Assembly: GCA_004764695.1 (NCBI GenBank)
Contig: SMSO01000033.1
Span: 2,728,001-2,792,000, forward strand
Length of the DNA: 64,000 bases
Reading direction: 5' to 3'
Source: Schizochytrium sp. TIO01
Lineage: Eukaryota; Protista; Bigyra: Labyrinthulomycetes
Below, one piece after another: positions 43,001 through 50,758 of this stretch (the first letter of the stretch is position 1; every line of letters begins with the position of its first letter). A program made the translations under genes and the position numbers. The notes beneath the pieces were generated by a model, which was not told the DNA's origin, made no database searches, and saw nothing but the letters and a program-made list of their open reading frames with translations.

Positions 43001-46000
43001 GCCAGTATAAAAATAGGAGAGGGTGGTCAGGGCTCAACTTGAGTGCGTAGTTAGCCCATCGATAGATTCGAAATTGAGAAAGCTTTTTCAAATCAACATG
43101 GAGAGCATGGTGTGCATTTTTGAATGCACCGTCGCCTTCTTTGGATACGAGCTCAGTTTCCATAGCGGTCCTCAAGCGATCAAGATCAACGTCACAATTT
43201 GTGGCCCGAGAAAGAAATTCACCTGTGCGTTGCCACAAAGGATACTCGCGCGCAGTTTCCACAAGCAAAGCTTCGAAGGAAAGCCAATCTACATGGGATA
43301 CTATTTCAGATACATCAGTACGAGCAAAGAAACCGCTTGCCGGAGGGGCAGGGACGATCGAGAGTGCCGTAGGATCTATATGCTGTTGCTGTTGTTCATC
43401 AAGAGCATTTGTAGCATTGACAAGACTATCTACGACATTCAGCAGCCTACCATCGACTTCAGAGATTAGATCTACGCTACGTAGTTCGGACTGCACGCAC
43501 ATACTGGCCATAACTATACCATCAAGAACAGTTCGACACGAAGCACGTGTTCTCCATTGAGGAATACTCAAAATCTGGTCCATCCAGAAATTTACACAGG
43601 CCCGAGCTATACGTTCTCGTACAGGTATTTGGTTTGGTTCCTCACAAAGAAGCGAGGAACATACGTGCGCTTCAACTAACGAACGAAGTCGCCCGGCTGC
43701 ACTTTGCCCGACACGTGTGATCAGGGTTTCAAATGCTGAGTTGTTACTTGAGGTTGATTGTGCGTGTGATACAATAGAGCTAGGGGATTGGGTGCCATCC
43801 TGCTGCGATTTTGGGCCATGGCCTGCAGCAGGTAGATCAGGCGTCATGACACGCGAAATGAGGTCACCAACAAGGCCAGAGCCCATTGCGACGATACCTG
43901 GCCCAGACTCCATGGCTCGGTCTCTGGCTTCAACTGATTCGAGGAAAGGAAAAAGCCATTGTCCAGGTCCAGGTAAAAGCTGGTACGTGAAAGTCGCCTG
44001 CTCATCAAACAACTCGAATGCATATTGGGGCATGAGATTTTGCAGTGCACAAAGATATGCTCTTTCAACAAGCTGCCAATTTGTAGACACCCCCGGGGAA
44101 GAAAAATGCAATAAAGATTTCAGAGGTACCCATCCGACTTTTTGTACATGATTGGAAGTCTCTAGAATGACAAAGGAAAGAATCGGATGCAGAAATTTAT
44201 GGACAGCCTCTTGTGCTGATGGGCTTGGGGTTGTTGTTTTTGAAGAAGAACTGGAACTATCCAGAGTCTTGGATGAGTCCTCTGCCATACTACGGGCACG
44301 ATGTAAGGCTGTGTTCCAAAGATGATATAGAGTGCCACCTGGGCCAGCGTCTGCTGGGTTGCTTGCATCAAGCAGTGGAATCAAGGGTTCGCCTGACGAA
44401 GATTTGTACATAGATAAAGAAAGGAGTGTAAGCCAACACCAGTGCTCAAATCGTGCCATGTCCTGTGAGTTGGTATAGTCTGTAGTCATTGGGATCCAGC
44501 GACGAAGAGTGGCAAGCGCTCCCGTATGTGTAACACGTTCTAAATGAGGCAAGACAGTTCGAGCCATACAAGCCTCCGCGATAATGAGAGCAATCGATCG
44601 ATGTATCCGCGCGTCAAGATAAAGCTCCCCGTTAGCATCTGCACTATAATCCAGTTCGCTGAGAATAGCCATGGCCATCTCTGTGTAAGCATCTAAAACC
44701 GGGGCAGTCTCTTCTTCGGAGCTAGTTCGGGGCATTAACCAACCACGAATAATATCAATATCGTCAGGCAAGTGAGGGGACCACTGACGAAGGGGCAATG
44801 CTTGAAAAAGCTTTAGGCCGCGTTTTGTAGTTTGTTTTGTCAACTCTTTATCATGCATTGACACAAAATGCAGGACTTCGCTCGTCAACTCGGGATGAGA
44901 TTTGCAAACCGAGGCTAACATATCGCAAATAGGATGCAACAGTTCATCGTGAGCTAACTCACAGTCAGCTTGAGTAAAGGCTGCGGTAGATATCTCAAGA
45001 ATCACAGCTTGCGCAAGATCTTTGCTGCACGCGGACCCAAGCGAAGATAAAGCAACTGCTCGATACAAAGCTTCGCCATGTCGAGGTGTTGCACTTATTT
45101 GAGTTTCCATACGTGCAGTTGCCTCGTCAACCTTTTTCGACCCAGATGCATGAGCGGTAGGAGGCGATGCCAAAAGAGTATCAACATCGGCATCACTAGT
45201 CTGTAGTACTTCATAGAAGCGTTTACGCACAGCGGGATCCGAATCCACAACAACTTTCCATTGTTCATAGCTGCAGATGTACTCATAGCGCTTAAACAGT
45301 TTTGCGGGCTCTGTCAAGTGCGGAGTAGCGGATTTTAATTTGCTAGAAGCACTTGAATGACGCTGTGCAGTCTTGACCGCAGCTTCGCCATCCTTTCCTC
45401 CAGGTACTGTATAAATGGCATCCATATTACAAAGATCAGGCTCGTGATAGCCTAGTATTAAGCCCAAAAAGAGGCGCCACGCAGCTTCGCAAGACAGGCG
45501 CTCTAAAGGTAGGTCTTTAATTGCAAGCCGAAGGTTTTTATTGCTACTAGTCATGACATAGGTGGCAGCGAGAAGGGTCAGACGATCAAAGTGCATCTGT
45601 GCGACAGCCCATGCTTCTGTGACTCCCCAGCACTCCAGGTCACGCAAAAAGTCTCCGGCACGAACGACAAGCCTAACAATTGCGTGAGCAAGCATACGTC
45701 CAAGCTGTGCAAACCACTTGAGACGAGTTGCCGCAGCGCCAAGGGAGAGAACATGTGCGTGAATTCGAGCAAATATTGCTTTAATTTGCTCTGGCATCAG
45801 TGTAGGCGCCATGTCGGAATTTGGGAGGAGATGTTCAAGAGCTAGTTCATAAGGGCATTGCTCTAATAGCGCAATATAATCTGCCTCAGAAAGACGACGA
45901 TCCAGAGGGCCTGCATCATCAACAACTTCGTAACCATCTGCAGTCCCAAAAAGTGGTTCAGCATGATCCAAAAGTGATTGTACCATGGCAAGACAGACCT

Positions 46001-47882
46001 GCACGTCGTCATCAGCCCATTCAAGGTCAGCGAGCTGAGCTGCAGAGGATGTTTGCATATGGATCAATGTCCCATTGCCCATACGATATGAGCTCGGGCC
46101 AGCTTGCAACAAAGGAACTGCCCATGCACCTTCGGGTGAGCCAACCCCAGGAAATGCAATAAGATGTTTGAGCAGAAAGAAGCGATCTTCGAGGCGTCCA
46201 CTCTGAACGAGCGCCGCACCTAAGTGAGCAAGCCAAGCTCTGATGCACCGTAGAAAGCGATTCCTCCAGCGTGATTGGGAAGGTAAAGCTTGTACGCGTT
46301 CGTGTTCAAGCTCCCGACGTGTTCGGAGCTCGAAAGATATGAGCACTGTGAAGTATATACGTGCCAGGTTCTCGGCCCGAGCATGCCGAATTGACGGAGA
46401 TGTATTTTTTGCACGATTTGACGAATCTGTACCACTAACCCCACTCAACTCCCGAGAAGCGTCTAAGCGAGGACAGAAACGTGGAGATAGGGCCAACTCC
46501 TCATAAATTTTCTGTTCTACATTGTAGGCTGTCATGGTCCTGTCAAAACCAAATGTCGTAAGATCCTTTGATCTTAAATCCCCAATGCGGGCCATATCAA
46601 TCTCGAAAGCGCGTGCTTTCTTTCGTGAGAATGCTGCGTGCTGAAAAGACACTGATGCCTTCACTGTGCCTGTGCCAGAACGCGTTTCTTGGGTTTGCTC
46701 TGCACGACCATTCTTGCGTGCCCAGACTTGCCCTCGCTTGAGACGACAATCTTCAATACGCCGCGTAAGTTGGCCTACGAAGTCTTCGTAGGATTCCTCT
46801 GCTGCTCGGAATTTACGAAGCAGTTGGGTGAATTCATCTTCCACGGGCTCAAGGCCTTCTGGAGCATTCAGGTCCAACGCTGCAACCGTGTTGTAGTGAA
46901 GATTGGCAAGCGGTGCCGACTCAGCGTTCGAAAGTATTTTTAGCACTGTATGAGGCGGCAAAACTTGCGTCAAATATCGATTGTCCGCGGTAACATTAAT
47001 GAGTTCCACAGGAGCGGCGGTGACTGTCGTAAAGTCAGGTGATGCATGATGTAACGTTGGAGCGGATGGCGCTGATGGTAGAGTTTCGTCATCAAGAAGG
47101 ATATCAGGTGCTGGCATAGGCAGCGGAACCATCGTTGGGTATAAAGGTGCGCGTGCTTGATGATTGCTAAGCCTTTGCTCCGAGGTCGGTCGAAGGGTGT
47201 GAGCGAGCTGGGCCAAGGCAGTCGTTGCTTCCTTCGCTGACATTTTGTTTGAATGTACAGCGACAGCGTCTTCCGCATTGTCAAAGTCAATTTGTTGCTT
47301 GCTGAGCGTTCTATCTTGGTGCTCAGGAATTTCAGTTCTTTCTACCGTTCCAGTGTCGATTTTAACGCTCCCATCTTGGACAGACCTGTTCAAAGAGGTT
47401 CCCAAGCCGTCATCGGTATCTTCCGCCAGAGGGGATCGAGGGGGTAATGGCGGTGCCGACGGCTGTACCTCCGTTGGTTGATCTCTGTGCTGTGTTTCTA
47501 AGTCAATTTCCAGGACTCCTTCATCGTCATAAAATCTTGAGTTCTGCGCAGAAGATCTCTCTGTTGTGACCATTAACGGTGGTGCACTAGGTTCCCAAAC
47601 TTGTCTATAATCACCGTCATCATCCCTGGGTGGAAGTGCTGGCGCCGAGGGTTCATGATCTGCACCACCTTCGTGAAGTTCGAGCTTTGGCAATAATTTC
47701 GCAAGTTCTTCGGCGTCGGTAAAGGTCTCTTGTTGCTCGTGCGACGGATAGAGCAGGTGTAGCGGCACGGGTTCTATCGACGCCAGGCCTTTTCTCAAGG
47801 CTGTTGTTCCCTCGGCACCATCGCCAGAGGTCACGCCAGAGCCCGAGGCGGGCCCTGCGTCCTGATCGCGAGACAACTCCAT
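37080..47882 (-). CDS. EPG5: Ectopic P-granules autophagy protein 5-like tether, intronless, 3600 aa
   Basis: DEFTQLLRKFR...DCRLKRGQVW and WLAHLGAALVQSG..EDRFFLLKHL..FPG....WAVPLLQ resemble recalled EPG5 N-terminal blocks; likely ATG at 47882 (MELSRD). Confidence 0.8.
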   Translation of the reverse strand: MELSRDQDAGPASGSGVTSGDGAEGTTALRKGLASIEPVPLHLLYPSHEQQETFTDAEELAKLLPKLELHEGGADHEPSAPALPPRDDDGDYRQVWEPSAPPLMVTTERSSAQNSRFYDDEGVLEIDLETQHRDQPTEVQPSAPPLPPRSPLAEDTDDGLGTSLNRSVQDGSVKIDTGTVERTEIPEHQDRTLSKQQIDFDNAEDAVAVHSNKMSAKEATTALAQLAHTLRPTSEQRLSNHQARAPLYPTMVPLPMPAPDILLDDETLPSAPSAPTLHHASPDFTTVTAAPVELINVTADNRYLTQVLPPHTVLKILSNAESAPLANLHYNTVAALDLNAPEGLEPVEDEFTQLLRKFRAAEESYEDFVGQLTRRIEDCRLKRGQVWARKNGRAEQTQETRSGTGTVKASVSFQHAAFSRKKARAFEIDMARIGDLRSKDLTTFGFDRTMTAYNVEQKIYEELALSPRFCPRLDASRELSGVSGTDSSNRAKNTSPSIRHARAENLARIYFTVLISFELRTRRELEHERVQALPSQSRWRNRFLRCIRAWLAHLGAALVQSGRLEDRFFLLKHLIAFPGVGSPEGAWAVPLLQAGPSSYRMGNGTLIHMQTSSAAQLADLEWADDDVQVCLAMVQSLLDHAEPLFGTADGYEVVDDAGPLDRRLSEADYIALLEQCPYELALEHLLPNSDMAPTLMPEQIKAIFARIHAHVLSLGAAATRLKWFAQLGRMLAHAIVRLVVRAGDFLRDLECWGVTEAWAVAQMHFDRLTLLAATYVMTSSNKNLRLAIKDLPLERLSCEAAWRLFLGLILGYHEPDLCNMDAIYTVPGGKDGEAAVKTAQRHSSASSKLKSATPHLTEPAKLFKRYEYICSYEQWKVVVDSDPAVRKRFYEVLQTSDADVDTLLASPPTAHASGSKKVDEATARMETQISATPRHGEALYRAVALSSLGSACSKDLAQAVILEISTAAFTQADCELAHDELLHPICDMLASVCKSHPELTSEVLHFVSMHDKELTKQTTKRGLKLFQALPLRQWSPHLPDDIDIIRGWLMPRTSSEEETAPVLDAYTEMAMAILSELDYSADANGELYLDARIHRSIALIIAEACMARTVLPHLERVTHTGALATLRRWIPMTTDYTNSQDMARFEHWCWLTLLSLSMYKSSSGEPLIPLLDASNPADAGPGGTLYHLWNTALHRARSMAEDSSKTLDSSSSSSKTTTPSPSAQEAVHKFLHPILSFVILETSNHVQKVGWVPLKSLLHFSSPGVSTNWQLVERAYLCALQNLMPQYAFELFDEQATFTYQLLPGPGQWLFPFLESVEARDRAMESGPGIVAMGSGLVGDLISRVMTPDLPAAGHGPKSQQDGTQSPSSIVSHAQSTSSNNSAFETLITRVGQSAAGRLRSLVEAHVCSSLLCEEPNQIPVRERIARACVNFWMDQILSIPQWRTRASCRTVLDGIVMASMCVQSELRSVDLISEVDGRLLNVVDSLVNATNALDEQQQQHIDPTALSIVPAPPASGFFARTDVSEIVSHVDWLSFEALLVETAREYPLWQRTGEFLSRATNCDVDLDRLRTAMETELVSKEGDGAFKNAHHALHVDLKKLSQFRIYRWANYALKLSPDHPLLFLYWQITLKLIFSKGSNERIFGIRFLTRAGKQTRRANVREALLTRARELQLHFKDLARRQHPSVAMKTTSISSSSSAGGLGSSPFRKASRRRFSVARRRSSSMSSVGDHSVTGDSCLNSHNPGIEQLNYMSSIFGAFALWLRDPDPHSWLGQPGKSVQVSRLGAEFCVSHLQSILESPLLQRLHESLRPATAAVSSSSLSQIRESPSSHLGVSARSLMWFDIIDLAPFREDMLVSIGSWSPSRAARRHASSINSASHHGSAGRAGANMLHNSNATSSTAAGSTLFGGGSASETLGNYRPAPIYLFREPVLPQHLDYRKADLASFLQELQLYARQYAEQTAHARELAKEVQDLLPHLYVQQSRVETVYQQGPSTKDKEPYRFDIPFEESIVDQDVDHRLGEAWESWLALSFGWTPAPLVTRGRHGRERMLSTSSADSLSSATALAGASEREQHICGLVATIFALVKMLCNHANLVEDATLSVEAHRRGLIWFRDLLDVETPGTRSFPPAQRLLWTAISKMGHAFARDHEDDTLLILSKMLDDTHRIHLLSPLFRPSNRVEYLLDFYTMAWTAAPRIPARDMILVLEHFEFSDWLALKPSRKLRVKLLCMVGSVLRQKSWKSQDLQGDGLPAYVSPEDVAAEARIFEFHLDLLLEICAADPEDHFIDVVQLLIGAKSLEIDDIDELQHFANDDDRDERKQSSLSSSMTGSSGTIKNGKQISRAGAENLRIYVPSSGGEQMNLPLSNKVWDAVLVQLGSGIWNSNLSLETLYTACEVIGSHFFQLRMHGSGNALTVCTNPGSLVQQWTQLELVEHISRLTHKLVLLMCAHLQNSAYDESIWPKEVLVRTWGSLATLFRPWLLSEYLQKHPEQALSPMNPGFTTRYLDSEPVEVPTLGRQTRKTQHRVGISSGSSSNSGSSASRSSVEHNQEEAGPSDRRYEAPWSVALEPQAGIILKSFVACVRDLVSAAQQIEPFWVLDQVWWLYIDDLAPSAQKYVSKTIAGALLKLPWETWSLCDSILAEFVRLVETYEATDATFHMVRHLLEHLNWTLTETHQRRSSATLTGEAHLGEMILRHDADSQASNSDFYAQVLRLLLTILMKEKMPVPKDFTQFFFEIAHSLPWTYVSPIHYRDTVLHFEVMLNDMPKSTKAREATEAKSQGIGLDSVEKKSVAAIRLLGAATMLGAFDMRRLNTNGEVDFFNALQRERCLLGLLENQLQLTCQSGSGRTNTNGESSDVGVGEGLSSSSSSSDSSDTGACLRKLGSESAKLPFSSGALVMLFFESMQRLHRLVNDRNAPWAQVGSHVKGVREIAAGAASERVLAEMQATLVGLLSLLNVPGVVCVRLDASRSQLQGGDVGVANAVFGKVENVLRSISENLPPALQFHEGGETLEHLNNLQTSRNGSGQSIAGSPSAQASSRAISNEEPSSSSRVAVPSTDGPTRGLAYLQWAHWKIMWRSVLPCMIAAARLERPFDRVASVVPLEPTTGSPEGSFKAAGLVMRRLSRRGVSSTGSQPANWGQVTGFTNKDCASLDITSLQKEGHFSVTGVGVGTLLHTMIRHNPPCAPLYISAALKAVTSSARFVELMEAALDSWFTESNDLAPVLASLGTRKGYQRVLCSEDIILRYEACAIRRGAWLSWYAFEMYALSSGLSSGAEVMARLAHAMTQAVHTETTSPGSFLHPSPVKILPLMWLLLDLVVRDFPDDAVVNDAAFKVQQLHVSMTALQSLVLDKGNMISALASAVFRSLPSLPFGGYGSSSPQTIIGGAETTSVAATAGTTTMSSNSQGLVGTSEEGGRSSSVGSGGESRAGRDTATEHAHDSAANFSGSSPSSAQFSPVRLNPQSYQPCDSLVKEEELRIFVRSLQVLIYLNSHRRSGTLRLRERDGVLNAESRKAQQALQALTQTFAGSSVARWSSRFCSDSTHTLASYPTLLEELISSLFPHVTYLQRGVHEWETRLHEAVKEIDSDIALTGGTVSL

Positions 47883-47947
47883 CGCCGCGCACGGCTCCCT
47901 GGAACGGGCTCGCGTTTGAAATCTGATTTCTGACTCGATGATTCCTT

Positions 47948-47978
<31 letters not shown>

Positions 47979-48609
47979 CGCAAAGAGCACTTCATTCGTT
48001 CGTTTGCCTGTTTTCGCCCCAATACTCTACTGTAGAGCTCCCTTTAGCCCACTGTATATCCCGCCCTGTACTATAGCCTATTTCTATCCGTCGACTGTAA
48101 GTGCCCGGAATAGTCAGTTTCCGGGTCTCTCAAGCGCGAGAGTTTTCCCCTTTCTTTTCTACCTGTGGAGGCTGGCTGTAAACCCATAGTACTGCTACAG
48201 CCTCAGCCGCGGAGAAGCCTCAGGGAGGCCAGCTCGCAGAAGCAGGAACAAGGCAGGTCGCACAGCGAGCTGGCGGCCAATGCCCTCGATCTCCAGCCCA
48301 TCAGCCAGGCACCTCAGAACTTACCAAAGGCGGAAGCGAACGACTTTCTCGAGAGCAGGCGCTCCATCCCAAGTCTCCGGCGCTAGGGCCGGCTAGGGTT
48401 TAGGGTAGCAGTGGAGGGGGTTAAAGGGCTCAGGAAGAGACACCGTAGAGAACAGAACAGAGGGAGAACGACTGCGGGCAAGGGGGGCGTTCTGATGGTG
48501 TTCCGGGAGGGAGGAGAACGGTCGCAAGAGACCCCGCGTGAAGGTTCGCAAAAAATGAAGAAAGGTTGGTCAAAGGAGGGGCAGTGTACAGGAGATATTA
48601 GCGGTGGGT

Positions 48610-49670
48610 AAACAGCGGGTGCCAACGTGAGGAGTGGCGGCTTGTGCATATGCAAGGAGCCACTATTGAATGATTGCGAGGTGCCTTCTACCGCATTGCC
48701 AGCGGCATCGGCTTCATTGTGGGAAGGAAGTCTGTGCACCCTGGCTGCAGGTTGGAGAGAATGACTGCGTAATGGATCATGGACAAGGAATTGGGGAAAC
48801 TTAGCAAGAGTAATGCGGAGCTTCTCAAGAGGTGGCGTTGGGGTTCAAGTTGTTTGCGCTAGATCTTTGGGATTTTGTCAAGTATTCTCGTAGAAACGAT
48901 CCTGGTGCTGTACTTGGGAAACCAATTCTGGCATCAAAAGGAGGAAAGCTCCAGGCTTGAATAAAAGGCGTTGAACTAAGGTATCGAGCTCATTACAGGG
49001 CGCATGGGGATGGGAAGTCCAAATAGTTTGGTGACACCTTGTAGGGTATGTGCTTAACGAGAGTGTATAAAAACTCTGATTCCCAGGTACAGCATGTTAC
49101 CAAAGCCATGATGAAGTCTTTGGGATTTACTATACGTTTAGAGCCATGAAAAGGGTAGCTGCGAAGTCCAGCTTCAAGTTTATTTGAGTATACGTTTAGA
49201 GCCATGAAAAGGGTAGCTGCGAAGTCCAGCTTCAGGTTATTTGAGTATAAGTTTAGAGCCATAAAAAAAAAGGGTAGCCAGCTTCAGTAGATCCCTGTTA
49301 CCACTTGACCTGGGTTGGCCACTGCGAAACTATTTTGCAAAGTCCAATACTCGGTTCTGAGGTACCAATGAGTTGAAACCAGGATCGGCAGCCAGTGTGC
49401 GGATGGTGGTTGCGGCCTTCTGTTTTTTACTAAGCCCATAGGCCTATATCACCAAGCCACTTGCAGCAGGACCATTTGCGTACCTCTCGATGAGGCATGG
49501 GAACTTGAAGGTGTTAAGAGATATTCCTGCATTTGTCATCATCGAGAGCTACCTTTTATTGTATAAACACATTCCCTGAAGTTAAGCATCTCTAAGGGAA
49601 GGTCCAGAAACGTCCGTAGTTGACTATTTTAAAAGTGTCCACGACAAACTTGCAGGTGCGCACGATGTGT
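48610..49670 (+). mobile_element. CRE-like relic (GGLG motif through Zn knuckle and REL)
   Basis: VRSGGLCI (48627), GAFY, RHRLHC...APWL (48703), RW/LGFKLF, FGDTL*GMC, MKSLGFTIRLEP (49111), KPGSAA, CVPL.EAW. Confidence 0.6.
49131..49287. repeat. 58-bp tandem repeat, ~2.7 copies
   Basis: tatacgtttagagccatgaaaagggtagctgcgaagtccagcttca.. twice, plus an internally deleted third copy. Confidence 0.9.
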
Positions 49671-50029
49671 AAAAGGAATCGACATTGCCTGCACTTGAAA
49701 TAAACGTGGATGGAACCTAGGTGAATCAAACAATTGAAGGAAGGGGCTGTTATTGTTAAACATCACGTTGCCTTGATGACTTCCGAATCAACTACCATGT
49801 GTACTGCGAACGATGCTGACTTAGTTTTATGCTCCAAAGCACGTGGGTGATTGAAAAATCATGCAACAGCCCCATTCTGCAGCACGAGTTGTACCTATGT
49901 AGCATAAGTTGCATGGCAGCATTTAGTGGGTAGGTAGGTACCGAGTAGTAACTAACACAAAAATCTCGAGTTTTCTAATTAACTCCGTAGTAGTAGTACT
50001 CAAAGATGCTGCCGCGGCAGTTTATGTGC

Positions 50030-50610
50030 AAGTTAAGATAGGGAATCTTCCTGAACGGTTTACGTATTCGCCTCCTCCGTTTGCTGGAGTTTCTTGAAAG
50101 CTGACGTTGTTAGATCTTCAAATGGCTGAAGAAGCTCGAAACTTGACACTCGTCAACATCCAAATGATCGCCGTCACCTTATGCGCTATGTCGCCTTCAC
50201 CAAGTTTAATAAGATTTTCACACAAAATTAAAAATTAAAATTAAAAATTAACTTTGCAAAGGTGGGAGCTGAAAGTGAGAAGGAATACACACTCGATGAT
50301 GTAGGTACCTATCACCAGGCTACGCAATCCATGGTTTCCAATTGAACGTCCGCAGGCCTCAAGAACCCCGTAGGTAGTATCTTATTTTGATCACATAAAG
50401 CACAGCAGGTCAACTTGGGCAAGAGCTCCCCGGCTGACCGAGGCGCCTCTCACATCATGATAGCTGCCTGTGCAAAATAAAAAATAAAAAAGTCACGAAG
50501 AAAAGACCATTGTGCTCTTATGAAGTACCTACTAAGAATCTAAGAGTATGATGGTCTCAAATTCCGGCTGGGACCGCCAAGCACCTACCCTACCCTCTAC
50601 TAGGGGACAA
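50030..50610 (+). mobile_element. CRE-like relic (RT regions 1-4) directly upstream of the Roco gene
   Basis: GNLPE (50041), LKADVVR (50094), MAEEARNL, HQV, GAE, RNPWFPIER, DRQAPTLPL. Confidence 0.5.
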
Positions 50611-50758
50611 CTACCCACAATGCGCAGGGGAGGAATTAGTTGAAGCAGACTTGGATTATCCAGCTCTAGCTCTACGTAATTGAAGCAAAACCCTATCGCC
50701 AAGGCGGAGTTTGATCGGGAAGCGAAGTTTATCGAGCATCGAAGAGAGGAAGTTGAGT

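Noticed and set aside
49131-49287. Repeat containing GTTTAGAGC, superficially like a type II CRISPR repeat
   Set aside because: Units are duplicated in full with no unique spacers, there are no cas genes, the context is eukaryotic, and it lies within a retroelement relic
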